DNA of 48,119 nucleotides, filler included, from Catajapyx aquilonaris (GCA_000934665.2; 2 parts of 2 records of this genome joined end to end with filler, not necessarily neighbours in it), one strand, 5' to 3'; counted from the first letter of the whole stretch, positions 22,167 to 37,249 are shown. Made by a program: numbers and translations. Notes: a model not told the origin generated them from the letters alone.

Positions 22167-23841
22167 CAGTGCTGGACACATTAGCCATCTCTGAATGTTT
22201 TTTTTTTTTTCCGTTGGTGACTGCGCGCGTTACCTGGCAACCCCGGCCGGCGGGCCAATTCAAACATCAGCATAAATGGAGAGTGCTTAGTGTTCTTTCC
22301 ATTGTTGCCATTGTTTACAAATTGAGTGAGTGACGCGGATGACCCAACGACGGGTCTCTGCCTGCTTACACAGTATCTGCAGCTGTGGGGATACACAGGA
22401 AAAAACAGGAAAATACTGCTGTTAGAAGCAATCCACTTTGGGAAAATTATCCTTGGACTCAAAGGCTATTTTCACACGAGACCACCATGGCAGGGCTGCC
22501 GCATAAATTAGGTGGCACTGCTTGTCGCAAGAAAAGTCACGTCTCGTGTGAAAGGCCTCATATCGTCGGCCGGCGATCAAAACCTCGTAACTCCATTTTG
22601 CGCGAAAATTGACTTACGTACCTCGTAAGTCCCTTTGCACAACTTTGCAACGGTGTACATGAATTCAACATCATCCTCATAAAGGTAAGGTTTACGTTAT
22701 GCTATACTGTAGGAATAATTGTCAGCATGAACAGAAAACATGATTTTACAAAATGTTTTTTGTCCCACCTGTAAAATTTGGTCTTGAGGAGTTACGAGGT
22801 TTTGATCGCCGGCCGACGATATGATTCAATGCAAACACGTGGCGGCACAGCCAGCTGGCAGAGGCTGGCAGCGCCGAAAGTCGCCCTGCCCGCCACCAGC
22901 ATTTCTGGCGGCGCATGGGCAGCGCTGCCAACCACCATGTGTGAAATGGCAGCGCGTCCATGGTGGCCTTGTGTGAAAATAGCCAAAGAAAGGTTTTCGT
23001 CCACAGCACACAAAATATATTCCACCCATGAGGAGAGGGTGTCAATTAAGATCAGGGGTGTGCTAATTGAAAGTGCGTCAACTGACCGATTCTTTCGGTT
23101 TTTGTCTCTTTTCCGCGTAATTCGACCACCGCTAAGACGAATGGAGACCATGCCCTGTATGTCAGAACCCCATCTGTCTCGTAATTTGTCCCCATAAGAC
23201 GTCATATTTCAAAATGGCCTCCTCATATACGAGTACGTGTCAATTGCGTCATATTACCGCCAGGAAAATCATCCTGGTGCGAATATGACGCGAATGACAC
23301 GATGTACAGGACTAACATGACATCACGTACAGGGGTTGGACAGGGGTTGTACAGGGGTTGGACACAATAATAGGTGAGACTGACGCGGTGTCTTGACATA
23401 CGGGGGGCATGGTCTCCATTCGTCTTAGAGGTGTCGACTTACGAGGGAAACGACACAAAAACCGAAAGAATCGGTCAGTTGACGCACTTCCAATTAGTCC
23501 ACCCCTCTCCTATGCCGGATGGAATTTCGTGGATGGAAACCTTTCTTTGAGTGCAGCAGGGAACATTTTCCCAAGGTGGCTTGCTTCTAACATCATTATT
23601 TTACCGTTTTTTCCTGCATATCCCTTGCTACTGATGTGTAAGCAGGCAGAGACCCGTCCGTCACTGGGTCGTCCGCGTCACTCACTTGATTTGTAAACAG
23701 TGGCAACAATGGAAAGAACTCTTAAGCACTCACCATATGCTGATGTTTGAATTGGCCCTCCGGCCGGGGTTGCCAAGTAATGCTCGCCGTCGCCGATGGG
23801 AAAAAAAAAACTTTCAAAGACGGATAATGTGTCCAGCACTG
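22167..23841. mobile_element. Long-TIR (foldback) non-autonomous element, TA-flanked, CAGTGCTGGACA ends
   Basis: Left arm 22167-22463 plus 22988-~23190 pairs with right arm ~23380-23841; TA at both sides; no transposase ORF. Confidence 0.88.
22464..22984. mobile_element. PIF/Harbinger-like MITE nested in the left arm of the foldback element
   Basis: TIR GGCTATTTTCACAC / GTGTGAAAATAGCC, 3-bp TSD AAA, long internal inverted arms; removing it restores CTCAAAGAAAGGTTT, complementary to the right arm. Confidence 0.85.
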
Positions 23842-23843
23842 TA

Positions 23844-23980
23844 CAGTGCTGGACAAATTAGCCGTCGCTGAATGTTTTTTTTCCGTCCGCGTCGGCGCTG
23901 CGTTACCTGGCAACCCTGTCCGGCGGGCCAATTCAAACATCAGCCCATGGAGAGCGCTTCCATTGTTGCCACTGTTTACA
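23844..23980. mobile_element. Start of a second copy of the CAGTGCTGGACA element, cut by the gap
   Basis: Directly abuts the first copy across a single TA; aligns to 22167-22320. Confidence 0.85.
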
Positions 23981-24080
23981 NNNNNNNNNNNNNNNNNNNN
24001 NNNNNNNNNNNNNNNNNNNNNNNNTTAATTAATTAANNNNNNNNNNNNNNNNNNNNNNNNNNNNNNNNNNNNNNNNNNNN
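23981..24080. other. Artificial assembly spacer (44 N + TTAATTAATTAA + 44 N)
   Basis: Exactly 100 bp and symmetric; the core gives stop codons in all six frames. Confidence 0.97.
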
Positions 24081-24229
24081 CTCGCGTGACGCGTCTGAGC
24101 GCACCCGTTCCTTGTCTATGAACCCCCTCTAGATGGCGTTTCCGGACACGGGTTCCTATGTCAAAAATACTTGTCTCGGTCCCCTCTATTACCCCTGAAA
24201 GTCTTTGCAGAGTTACAATAAACACCCTG
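24081..24229. mobile_element. Right arm of a CAGGGTG-family MITE (same family as 14888-15423)
   Basis: Aligns to ~15275-15423; ends AAACACCCTG|TA. Confidence 0.9.
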
Positions 24230-27200
24230 TATATCATCAGTGCGAGACGATTCATCGACTTTAGTAGTGCCTTCTTGGATAACCTGAGAGTACAATCCTG
24301 CTCGAATTTAGCATCACTGGAATTTGAGTGAAATTACGAGCAACTTTCCAAGAAGGAAATAACAAAGAACTGACGGTCATAACATGCCCTTTAAAAAAGC
24401 AATGAGACTTATGATGGAAAAGTGGCTTCAGCCTAGCTATCTTATTACTTCGTTCAACTCCTGTACACCATATGCACAATATATTATTGCAAATTCGGCG
24501 GCCTGCTGTGTACTTGAACCAAATGAAGTCTAAATATCTGTATGCTGGTTGCCAATGGAGCAGGATTCGAGCGTGATCCCAAGCAGGGATTGATGATGTG
24601 AGTGTGAGTATATAAGGCTATACTGTGAGATGTGGAATCGTTCGCAGTATAATACCAATCAAGCTGCTGTACGTACTGTACCATCACTAGAAATCTCGGG
24701 AGGTGCCAATCTGCCTGGCTATATCATGTGTTACCGTGTCATCATCTCCTGTGTCTGTAATAGGGGCAAGGAAAAAAAGTAAGTCACATTAACTTAATAA
24801 TTAGATTAGCAAATTTTACAAATGTCTTTAGTGAGGCCAAGTTACAAAACAGAGTTGGGAAAGGAGAATACCAGCATGCAAGCGACAGCTCAAAATGGCC
24901 GAATTTCGACATGCATCTCAACATCACGGGACAAAGGAACAACACGCGGGCATGACCGAGTCTTATAGTACTTTACGGGATAAATTTAAACACTATTGAT
25001 AATAAAGTAACTATGTCACATTTGCACTCTACATTCAACGTTACTTTATCTGATTAGTGTCCGTTTGTCGGGTATATGACACAGAGTACCACTAAGTTAG
25101 GTCAACGAGTTCAGTGCTTTCCTATATATGGTGGCATTTTACAGCAATTGTTCGTTTGTTTGCCTGGTGGGAAGGAGCCAAAGCAGATTACGATGTCTGG
25201 CTGCAAGGAGATGCAAAGCTGGGACAATCAAATTATTATTATTATTATTATTAACTTATTATTATTATTAAACCACTATTCGTAATGGCGACAGAGATGA
25301 TGCGGCCGGCCCAAAGGATGTTGCAGAGAAAACAGTTAACTTGTGATTCACGCTAATTATGTCTTCTTTCAAATCCATGTTTAGTGAATCTCCTGTAGCT
25401 GCCCGAGCGTCTTTGACACGAAAAAACATTCGCTGTACTAATACCTGCCTGATGCATTGAGAGATGTCATATTGACAGATAATGCAGACATCATAGAATG
25501 ATATATTCCACAGAAACTGACACCAACACTGGCGCGCAGAATTACCTGTGTTTCCTTTTAATACGTATATTATTCAGTCTCATAAGACAGCTGAAACATT
25601 TCGTATAGTAAAAGAGTATAGTAGCTAATGGGGAGGCGGACTATACCAGGATTATTATAATATAGGCCTACTATATTTATTATTATTGCTAAGAGTAGTA
25701 ATATTATATATTGGACTCATAACAGAGTGATATTAGCACAAGAAGGTGCTGAAATATATTAGCCTTCGTGGTGAGAATCACACCTAGCTTTCAGCACAAC
25801 CAGCGAATGTTTGAATGGGTTGATCTCCTTTTAAAGCAGTCTGCCTTCTGAATTTCTACTGCGTTTCTTATATAGCGAACAATTTGCTATTATCCGACAA
25901 AATGAAAAACTATTGTCATATATCATTTCGTAATGCTATTGTTGATGGAAAGGTCCCAACTCAGACGGCTCGTAGATGTCATTATTCTATGCTGCGCAGA
26001 ACGATTTGAAGACACAAACAGGCCTGAAAAATGAGAACTGGAAAACCCCAATAATATTTTGACGCTAAATCACGCTCATCATGCGTGACTGGACAGCTGC
26101 AAATATGAGCAGGAGTACTGGTCAAAATATATCATCCACTGAAGATATTGAAGGAATCCGATGGCCTTTATTCTAGTGGAGGTATAATATATTATGCAAA
26201 TGAAAAATTTATTGTCTCATAATTATATAGGATAGGCGACACATAAACCGTCGTTGAAATTCTAAAGAAGTAACAGACATGAGCCCCGACCAATATCATC
26301 ATATAATGGACAAGATAGTTCTACTTGCGACAAACAAAATAATGGTGCAGTCGCAAGCACGATCGCTTATACGTACGACGCGACGTACGCACTCCCAAAG
26401 CCGAGTTCATGCTGCTTTTGTAATTATTCCTGCAGACGGAGGTATAGGTCCCGACTCTATAATGTGCATCAGAGACAGCAGATTCGACCTCCTTCTCAGA
26501 CTTCATTTGGCTCCGATATGACATCGATATAGGGTTATTTTGATACCGTACTTGATACTTTATAGGCCTCCAGGATTTACCAATTATATACTTGCGGATG
26601 TATGGCCGGTTCTCTCTGAGGAATGGCGCTTTTAAATCTGAAAAAGCAATCACGACGCGACGTTCCATCTATCCCCAATATTTTGCGGTGTATCACACCC
26701 ATGGGAAAAAATACCTCTTTTGTCTTAGAGCCCAGCTACTTTCTTCGCGTATAGCATAGTTATAAGGACAGACATTTCGGAAATTCTATCCAGTAGGCCT
26801 ACCTGCACGAAGTATTTTAACCATCGCTATATAAGAATAATTATTAGCAAGCAGAGTTAGGACATTATTTTCATGCATAAAATTTAATTTCAGTTCACCG
26901 GGACTATACCTTGGGCAGGCGTCATATTAGGTGAATCTCAGAGACAATACCCAAGTCAACCTGCTCCCGCGCCATGATGTGGAAGAAGCCAATTTAATTA
27001 TTGCAGAGCAGGAGAAGACCAGTATCAACTGGCCAAGGAGCAACGATCACTGCACTGCCATGCCATCATGGTCAAAAACTGTTCGCATTTGACATTATTT
27101 TGCAGGTCTTTACACTGTGTTTGCTAATATACTGCACATCAATAAATGCCACGAATAGATTGCGCCTTATTACACAATCATAAACACCTTGGTCATTAAA

Positions 27201-30200
27201 TGCACCTTTGACCGAGAGATGATGAAACATTTTATATTACAGGTATCGGTTATGTTTATTTTTCTAACTCTCAAACATTTCTTATGCATATACAGTATAG
27301 CCTACAACATGTGGTAGAATATTCACCTCATCAAACTATATACAAAGGTTCTGACAAAGAAGGTAGCTATGGAGTAGCTTTGGAGTCAGTCTCCTTCACT
27401 GCGGATTGATAGAATCAGCATGACCAAGAAAGCGTACAGGAATATCCTTCAAGACGCCATGTGGCCGTTTGCTTGCAAGAAGTGTCTGACAACGACCCAA
27501 AAGCACTTTTCTGGTCTCATCCACACCTGGCCGCACCATAATATAATATAGGGTGGCCGTAATGAACTGGCCAAGCCAATCTCCTGACCTATAAATCCAA
27601 TCAACAATAACCTCCGGGAGGATCTGTTTCGTCATCTCTGAAGAACAATACAGCAACAGAAGCCAAACCCTGTATTATACGCATAATACAGCATACATTT
27701 ATAAACACACACATACGTAGTATATACCGTTCCTATAATACGTATGATGAGTTTAATTTACAAATTATACACGTTTAGATATCAATAATAAAAGCATCAT
27801 AAACAAAGCAGGATAATTCGTAATGACAACAATTCGTATGACAACAACAAATCTGTGCCAGGACGAGGTTATACATTATTCTGAACCTTCAGAATATTCT
27901 TCAGTCACAATAAGCGCCACTTCCCGTGCTTCCAGATAAATAATCAATCATTATTATTTATTGCACTCGGCGATTTAAGAACTTAATTTAAAGAGATTCA
28001 TCTCTCTTTATGATGCAAGAAACACAAGATAGAAACAAGACTGCTGTGGGAGGATGACTGCCGAAGTTGCTAAAGGAGTGCTTGGCCCTGGTTGTAATCT
28101 CCTCTCTTGCCAAACATTTCGCAGTCAGAGTATAGTGTTGTTTTCCGAATAATCCTTAATTTGTAAGTTTGTTAAACAATACATTTTGCCAATATATTGA
28201 TGGAAACAATAAATTATGGGAGTACTGTCCTGATAATTGGCATCACGTTAGTGGTTAGAAATTTCTTGGAACTGTGAGGAAGCCTTCCATTCATAATAAT
28301 AATATTGTTTCATATTAATTACTTGCATAGTAGGGTTTGGCTACCATCCACACACACACCCACACCCACACACACTATTATCATCATTATCATCACCACT
28401 ACAATAAAAATGATGGTCTTATTCACGGACAAAGTTTTATTCAGAGAAGCAGCTGATGGTCCAGCTATCTATACCGGTACTTGTCGTGCAGAATCAAGTC
28501 CGCAGCATCAAGACTTCTAGATATATAGGATCGCTTTCGAGAGGCTATTCTTACAATAAATAATATATGATGCGACATCCCCATACATGATGGAAGGGTT
28601 CTTATCAAAGCATCATAAGCAGCCGGAGAATATGTGCCAGTTCCATGACCTTTCTCCCGGTGCAGGCATAATCGTCTGCAATAATAATGTGTCACTGAAA
28701 ATCACCGCATGCCGCACTTTGAATTGGGTGCAGTCTTGTAATCAGATCTGATCAAATCAGAGTAATAACTGATAATTATCACCTGGATTGAGCCAGTAAT
28801 ATATTATTCAACGGACCATAATATACTAACTTGTGCTAACTTATGAGAAGGGACAGGGTCTACATTTTGCAATAATATCCCTATATACACAGCATTCGAA
28901 GCAAGATCAAAAAAGGCGAGAATAAGGTTGTTTCCGTCATACTCGCAGTTCAACTTTTGCCTGATCATATAGCTATACAGTGCAACATGTGATTAAAAAA
29001 ATAAATAAACCGATTCGCAAGTGGCAGCATGATGACGGATTCGCAAAACATCTGACGCAGCACATGAACCCTTGAGGCCGCTATACCTATTGAATCCGAA
29101 GAGCGAACCAGTTTTACAAAGCTGACGACGTCAATGTAATATTACTTTGGCTCGCCAACGCATTCACGATTATAATAACATAAGCATTCAACATAAGTAT
29201 TCGACATTCATATGTCGAATGCTTATGACACAATATTCCAGCCATATTATCTTTCCAAACACATGCCAGATGGCCACTCTTCTGGAGCTCTTCTAACAAC
29301 CCAACCGCAAATGGAGAGAAAGTGCAGGCAGAAGTTACAGCTTTCACCAGTCAAGTTAGGAGTTACAAGTTGGCTGACGCTTACATCAAGGATTAATATC
29401 AATAGCATAGAGTTCTATTTATAACTATTAACAACCCCATTCATAGGTTTTCGAGTGATGGAGCCAACTTCCACAGTTACTGCCACTTACCTTCAGAGGC
29501 ACATAATCTGACATGGAATTTCAATTGAAGCAACTCTGTGTCCCTTGAATATATACTTCATTATCGCTTGGTAGTTTTTGGTTTAGCAAGACCTGACGAC
29601 ACTATAATAGTGACATAATAATAATAATAATAATGCGAGTAAGGTATATATCCATATTGCACTCTACAAAAAGGAGAAGTCTCATGGTTCCAGTGAGGTG
29701 ACCCATGGCCGAGCTATAACCCTTCACTGCAAGACTGTGAGAACTGATTACCCTTTCCGACAGGTCCCGACTCACAACTCAGCGAAGAATATTATTTTGA
29801 AGCCGATTCAATTACACGCTCACTTGGTATATCCAGCTTCTGACGGACATATTCGCTGACTTGGGTGATGGTCACCACTCACCAGAAATCCAGGCATTAT
29901 GTTGGCAGGTGGAGTGTGAGATGGACATGCTTCCCACTGAAGACGACATGAAATAATGATAAAGATTGCTCAGACCGCATTCTCCCACACGTTTCTATGC
30001 CTTCGATGGACAAAACCTTATTTTTGCGAATGCCGAGTGAGGGGGGCCTAGTAGGGCTAGAAACATCGCACTAGGACTTTCTCAGATCCTCCTTCACATG
30101 TTACGCCACTATATAGGTTGAGTTCTGCATAGCGGACACAACGATCTCACTTTGATGGCCGTGTTGCAACTAACATGAAACATGGTGGTTAGCCATCATG

Positions 30201-33200
30201 GAAGGCGATAATGTATAGTTCAGATTGAGAAGGGGCCTACTGTCCAGCTGCTCCTGTCCCCGAAGAACTTTCCTTCAGCATAATCCATGTCCATCTCGCT
30301 ACTGGTAAGTCAGCTCATCAGATCTCATTTTTTTGTTGCAACATTAAGCATAATAATGGAGAATTTTCCTATATAGTCTCTTGATACGCATTACATCAAT
30401 CGCTCCTGCTGAGAGATCTCTATAGGATGTCCCAATAATATTACCTGGGCAACTGACACTTTCATATCACCAGATTTAGAGCGAGGGAAGGTTCTTGTGA
30501 AGACAGACTGATACTGACCACGTTCTTTGGGCAGCATGGCAACTATATATACATCGACCAAGTGCTGAAATGAGGGTTACCTACACATCCACTTCGACTT
30601 TCTTTCCGCATGTTGCCCCGCTTTTAAAGCCTGGCGTATTCTGTGGGAGAGTAATAACACTGTAATCATCACATTTAATCGCAATTTGATGCTGTGCGTA
30701 CTTATTCCCACACAGAATAACGAAGAACATTTCAAGTCCATCGACTCACTTTGCATCATTGCTAACAATGCGCATTTTTCTATAATATGTAGAGTACTCC
30801 TTACATATTACTGTGTATTACTATACTGTATTTATTTATCTAAATAGTGTACATGTGGCATCAGATCCACGCACTTGGCGTTGCAAAAAAGGACGTATCA
30901 TTGACCATCATTCTGCTATTTAATATGACATGGTGCACCAACTCATCGTTTATAATTAAATGTAAAATGTCCCAGTTTGTTACTGGAAAGAATAAACAGC
31001 AGACCACACCAACAGCATTACAGGGATTTCTTCTGATCGGCATTAGACGACACCTGGACGACACAAAAGTAAGTTGCACATCCTCCCCCCGCCCCCCCCC
31101 AAGTATATATAGCCTATACACTCCATTCTCCATGCTGGCATCATATATAATCCCACAATCACATATAACTTATACCGATGAAGCAAGAGACAATATTGTT
31201 CTGTATTGCATCATTAATCTCTCCACCCATCCGGAAATTATTGTCGGTACATTTCCACCAGTACTGAAATCGTAACCTGACGATTCAGTCTGCAATGAAT
31301 ACAACCAGCAGCGGGAAGCCGAGACTGCCCGACTGACCTATGCCGGACATGACCGCGGGTTATTTGCCCGAGTGATGGCAAAACACTGTAAATCATGTTT
31401 ATGATTACCTTCAATAATGGGTGTGTCACATCTGGAAATAAAATACAATAGGGTATATTACTCCACTACACTCGTTTGTGAGCCCAACACTTATATTTTT
31501 ATTAATTATAATTACATATATAACTCTATACATTATAGAGTGTCGAAATCAGTTATAATATTTATCTGGCCAACTTCACAAATCGAATATAGCCTACTAC
31601 TCGCCAAGGGAGCACGAGATGCGTTAAAGGCATGGCCACCGGTCGCAGGATCATCGCCAGAGCTGGTAGCACACATCAGGATACACAAAAAGACGTAACT
31701 GTGACTTGGGATTAACCCAATATCTTACACTTTTCCATTGCAGAACGTTACACCCATTACAACCCATTTGACGTTACACTAGTAGACCACAAGTACGTAG
31801 GGTACATTTGATGACAAATTGTGGAGGAAAACGCATTCTATTCACATTATTTTATTACTGATTCACCATCACCTACCTGGCTCACTGAATCAGACTCTCC
31901 CACTCGGCAATCATCATCTTAGCAATCTAATGGCCTCAAATTCTCCATGTGATAGGAATGTAAGTCAGTTTACAGGTACTGCGTTAATTGCGACAGTGAA
32001 CAATGTCGCCGATATAAGCTCAGGGTGATATCTCCCCCAATGGATTTATTTACTCCCTTTCGTGCTGCTAACATCCCCCCCCCCNGACTATATTTACGGA
32101 AGCCTACAATGGCAACGACTTAATAATTAGTGTGACTTGCACGTCAGTAGTGACATTACACAGGTGGTGTACACTTCAAAATGAGACATCGCGAAATAAA
32201 CAAGGGGCTGCTACTTGACTTGAAAATTACGTATGATTGCGCCACTCTTACTTAACACGAGGATGCAATACCCTGCTGCTGCATCACGAGTACCTACTTT
32301 CGTTCATGCGATGATAATTATCATTATAAAAATCAGGAAGATAATCTCTGATCAATCCTTGCAATATTCTTGCGATGCTCCTCTGCGATCGAGAACAGAG
32401 ATATCCCAAGATCAGTATAAGATACTGCTCCCAAGCAAAGACGTAGATCTTGCTCATAATAACTATAATATATAATATTCTGCACCACTGCAATGGACCA
32501 TTCAAAAGCACACTATAGAAAACATATAACCGGATTTGTGCCAGATAATCGCATATTAAATAATTGTAGAAATCCAATTTTCCAGAGAATGGAGGAGGAG
32601 GAAAAAAATCTCGACAACACAGCAGTCTATATACTCGATTCTCAGACCACGCGCAGGCCACCTTGGGTGCCAACCATTCTTTATAATCACCCTTCATCTG
32701 ATTGGACTGCTTGATGCCCCGATCAGAAGAGAGACGAATCACCACGTAGTACGTCACCTATATATGTAAGAGGAGATCTTACGAGACACAAACAATAAAT
32801 ATTTTAATAATGGAAGCGTTTGGGTTCACTGCTAAACATTATTGTCGTCACTGAGAGAATCAACATAATGTTCGATCAACAGCCTTGTTTACATTTTTCA
32901 GCCGCATTGAGATTTTCAATGAGGAAAATGTTGTCAACACAAGTATAACCATGGAAACTATATAGAATCAGAATAATATTCTGGAAAGCACCATCTTATA
33001 GTAACAAAGATATTATAACACTCTTTGCAGGACATCATGTTTGGACTATAGTAGAATGTATATTGCATCGATTACCCAATGCACAGTACTGTATATGTTG
33101 CTCTGGCATATTGACATAACTATACAGCGGCAGATGCTTCTATATTACCGCCGATGATAATTAATAACATTTTCTGTATCCAAAAAGTACTGCTGGGTTG

Positions 33201-34707
33201 GCTATATTTGAACTCAACGTAACAGAGGCCAACCAACACTCTTGAGACCTATTGCTGATAATCACTTTTTGCCCTTCGTATAGCTGTACACATAAACAGG
33301 GTTAAATTAACTCGGTACCGTGGTGTATGGGATCAGCAGCAAAGATGATGAAAGCCATCACCTCTCCCATCAGCATTATTCTTCGCACGTCCATTCTCGA
33401 CCGCACCTGCTGTTCAACTGATTCGAACACTTTGTTGATTTCAACTTTTCCAAAGTATATCCCGTCGCCCATGGAGATCAAAACAACCAGTCCTGCCAAC
33501 GTGAATGGAACTCTTGCTGATTCTCGTGCACGGATGCCAACAGCGCGGGTGTGTGTGTTGCCATGGACGACGACTGTTGTTTGGTGATGGTGACTCTTCT
33601 GCTGTTCCATTCGAGGGTCTGAGGTCATTCGAATCGGATGTGCTTGGTCGTGTCGTCTTTTAAATAATTTTTATTCCATCTCGTATCATGGTCGCAGTGC
33701 AACAACGTGTTTGGTCTGGTTTGATGGTTGATTGATGTTCGAACGGCTTCATTTCGGCAGGTATAGCGTAGTGCTGTAGAACTGTTCATTAGTGTGGGTG
33801 ATTGCAATATGTCGCCATGCATCTCAGCCTGGTTTGCTTGTGACAGGGGGTTGCCTCAACAAGCTCTCAGTTCTCTCTGGTGTCCATTTTCTGTGGTCCA
33901 GCCGGTTCCCTATTCCCATTTGGTTCTATAAGAAGGTTCAATGATCGTCCTCGCAATATTTATTATTTGTGTGGCTCAACTTTACAAGTGTGACACGGCC
34001 TGTGTGAACCAGTCCCAGTAGGTGGTCCATGGTGCTAGGTTGTGTGTATCAGTGTATGGTAGAGGCCTACTATATTATTAAATGAACGTTCTGTCAGCAC
34101 AGTTGGGTTAATTTCCTAATATTCTCTCAAACTATTTTTTTTCCACATAATTCCACTCTGAATACCAGAGGTATAGCCTGACACAGTGTAGAAGGCTGTT
34201 TTGTATCTTTGCATTGTATATGATCCCATCCCGTCCAATGTCTGAATGTCGGCTACTGAAGGCCACTGCTTACAGAAAGATTCAGTGTGGTGAAATGTTG
34301 CTTGTTAACATTTTCACACTGAAGCAATCATCCGCGAGTAAATATTAAGTGTAGGTAAATATGGCGACCTAAGGGACCCCAGGAGAGCATATGTCATTCT
34401 CCAGTCCTATGATTCAGCTATATATAGTTGATGACTTGCCACGAATCTGTGTTGGGATGTTGCACCAGACAAACCTTCTCTCTCTGAGCTGGCCTTGCCC
34501 TCCATCCAGATATTATCCTTTCAGTTCAAATCCATGGAAAAGATGGGTCCAGCATTTCCCAGCTAGATTATTGTGTCGTAAAGTGAGAATAATATCCAGT
34601 AGTGAAATTCTGGAAAAACTTTGCACGTCGCCGTCGTCGTATAAAAGTTACGAATTGTATAAAAGTGTGGATGGCGTTCATATCACACAACGTCTGCGGT
34701 GAAGAAG

Positions 34708-34708
<1 letters not shown>

Positions 34709-34804
<96 letters not shown>
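34709..34804. repeat. (AAT)n microsatellite, ~32 units
   Basis: Direct reading; explains the poly-I and poly-L ORFs. Confidence 0.98.
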
Positions 34805-37249
34805 CGGTGCGAATAGGACGAATTGCAAACTTTTTTGTTTCCTTGTGGCAATGAGTTCAAAAGGAGAATGCTGCTTACTGAGCAACAAAATGGAACCTGA
34901 ATGATTATAATTTTACTTTTCCATGAACTATATACTGTAGTAGGCCTTTACCAAGTGTTTAGCTCTTAAGTTTAGGTCACTATTATCAGGCACGGTATCT
35001 CTTATCATGGGTCATACCCAGGCTGAGTCTGTGGTTAGTGTGGACGTACGTGGTTCTGTGCAGGAAATCTGAATATCAGTGCGTGCCGTCTGTCCTGGAA
35101 ACACCGACATGAGGGTCTAGAGAATCATATTCAAGTGTACTATTACCAAGGACAAGCCGATGTCTTGTGTTCGGTTGTTAATAGGCCTATCTGTAAAAAG
35201 ACATAATGACATAAATCAAAAATAATTTCTTAGAAAAGAGAGATTTATGACAGTTCAGAGAAGTGCGAAAAGTGCTAATGGTTGTAAGTGATGGAAAATG
35301 TCTAATGGAAATATATAAGGACCCATTGTTTAGTGCAAGTCCGTTATGGGTATTGCGATATACGACATCGCATTTAGTACAGAAGACCCTTGCATTCAGC
35401 AAAATAATAATGAGTTTATCAAAATGTTACGCTCATGTCGTCCCATGTCGTGTATACATCATGCTCATCGGGGAATCTGAAACCACAAGGAAGGAATTCG
35501 GGTTAAATCTGACAATACGCTCGTACGTATATAGTAACATTAATTTGACAGAAAACTCGATCTCAATTAATTTAATTTAATAATACAAGTGCAATAATTT
35601 CTGTTGTCTTATATGACATGAGATCTGGTCAACAAGTTAGTGAAGGCCATTCCCCAATATACTCTCAATGTGCAACAGCAGAGGCAAACAAGTCAGGTTT
35701 TCTCACGTTGCTCCATACGATACAATCTCAGTTAATTTGTGTGTGAAGAAACACGGCCTATATAAATGCAGATTAGACTTACAACTGGAAGGATAGGAGG
35801 GTATTTTATAGTAAACCCCATTTCAGGTGAAATACAGCACGTTGTTTAGTGTTTTATGGAGCCAGAGTGACGGTGGCTGCAGACCCGAAACACCTGCTGG
35901 AGCTGGACAGATCAGGATTTAATATGTGCAGGGTGTTGTTCGAAACACTGATATTATTTGGAGAAGAAGCCATACGGATAATATTTTGGGATCATCTCGG
36001 GGGTTCAAACATATAGTCTTAGGCCTCCATAATATTATCAAAATCGTCTTGTTCACTTTTAAAATGCCATTGCCATTATGAAACCTGTCGTCACGAGCAA
36101 TTCCCTGGATGATGCATGGCACGAGTCTGTATAGGAGCATGCGGAAATTATCGGGCCTTATAATCGAAGGTCTCACTATAACTTAATATAATTATGTTAC
36201 AATAGTGATTGAAAAAATGGCACGGCTGTTGGTTACACGATTTTTGTCAGCCAGCACAGCTGCACAGGTGCCTGTCGCTAGGATTATATTTCTGCTTATC
36301 ATTGAATGACGCCATTCATGTCTCCTATGTTACATTTCAAATAAGAGGTCCACATCATCATTCTATACATATAAAGATGGTTTAGTCTTTTCCTCAGTTT
36401 ATTTTAAGAATAAAAGAAAGTGTTCTTTATGATATAGCTGCGTCTGAAGGGAGCAATATTATTTGATACTTGTTCGTTCCTTATTATTATGTCTTCTATA
36501 CCTATAACGGCTTACAGTGTTTTCGGTGACGATTCACATAACATTCTGGTGTTCGCAGGTGTAGCTATCCATCATATTATATCTTGAGACTTGGCGGAAC
36601 AGCTGGACGTAATAATATTGGTTAGTGGTTGACACTATACTTGATGGGCAATGGGGGTAATAAGCCATCCTTCTGCGCCTGATTTAACCGAACAAGTTAA
36701 AAGCAGAAAATATACCATTTTTTCACTGGGCAGACATACGAGGTTAGTTCGCCCCATGCAGTGTGTTCCAATTAGTGACGTGTTCTGAGTGGTTAGTGAT
36801 TTTGGAACAAAGCTGCTTATTCCAAATATGCTTCATTACAGCAGCATTGTCAATATTACCGGTATACACTCTGTAATTACACGAACCCACGTGGTGTTTT
36901 ATTCAAGTTTGGCCAAGAAAATATAGGCTATCTGCCAAAAAAAAGCGTTAATTAATATTTTTCAATACATATATTAGTTTTAGCATTTTGTGCGATTTTG
37001 TGTTTTGAGGAGGGATATGATAATCCTCCTTGGCCTGGTATACGACATCAGGCTGCTTCCCCCCACCTTATTGTTCGGTACTAGATTGGCCATGTTTGGC
37101 ATCGTCTTCCTATAGACTAATACTGTACAATGTGAGTTCCTCATATTGAAGTACGGCCGTGGTTGTAGACTTGTAGTATTCGCTCGTGGTTATTGCGTTG
37201 CGTTGGTGCAATACATTATACTTGTGACACTCGCGCCTATATTTCCCTA

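Noticed and set aside
22167..23841. Parvovirus-like T/Y-shaped terminal hairpin (A-B-B'-C-C'-A')
   Set aside because: The branch is explained by a MITE with an AAA TSD inserted into one arm of a foldback element; no viral ORFs nearby
26170..26700. CpG-rich block resembling an old DNA-transposon remnant
   Set aside because: No TIR pair, TSD or coding motif identified
27396..27656. 86-aa minus-strand ORF with an acceptor-like site
   Set aside because: No similarity to any protein I recognise; length compatible with chance
33302..33822. Two overlapping minus-strand ORFs (65 and 108 aa)
   Set aside because: No recognisable domain and no convincing splice structure
34568..34904. Poly-Ile and poly-Leu ORFs
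   Set aside because: Translations of the (AAT)n microsatellite
35820..35900. Hammerhead-like GACGG..CCGAAAC motif
   Set aside because: Catalytic CTGANGA core and NUH cleavage triplet are absent
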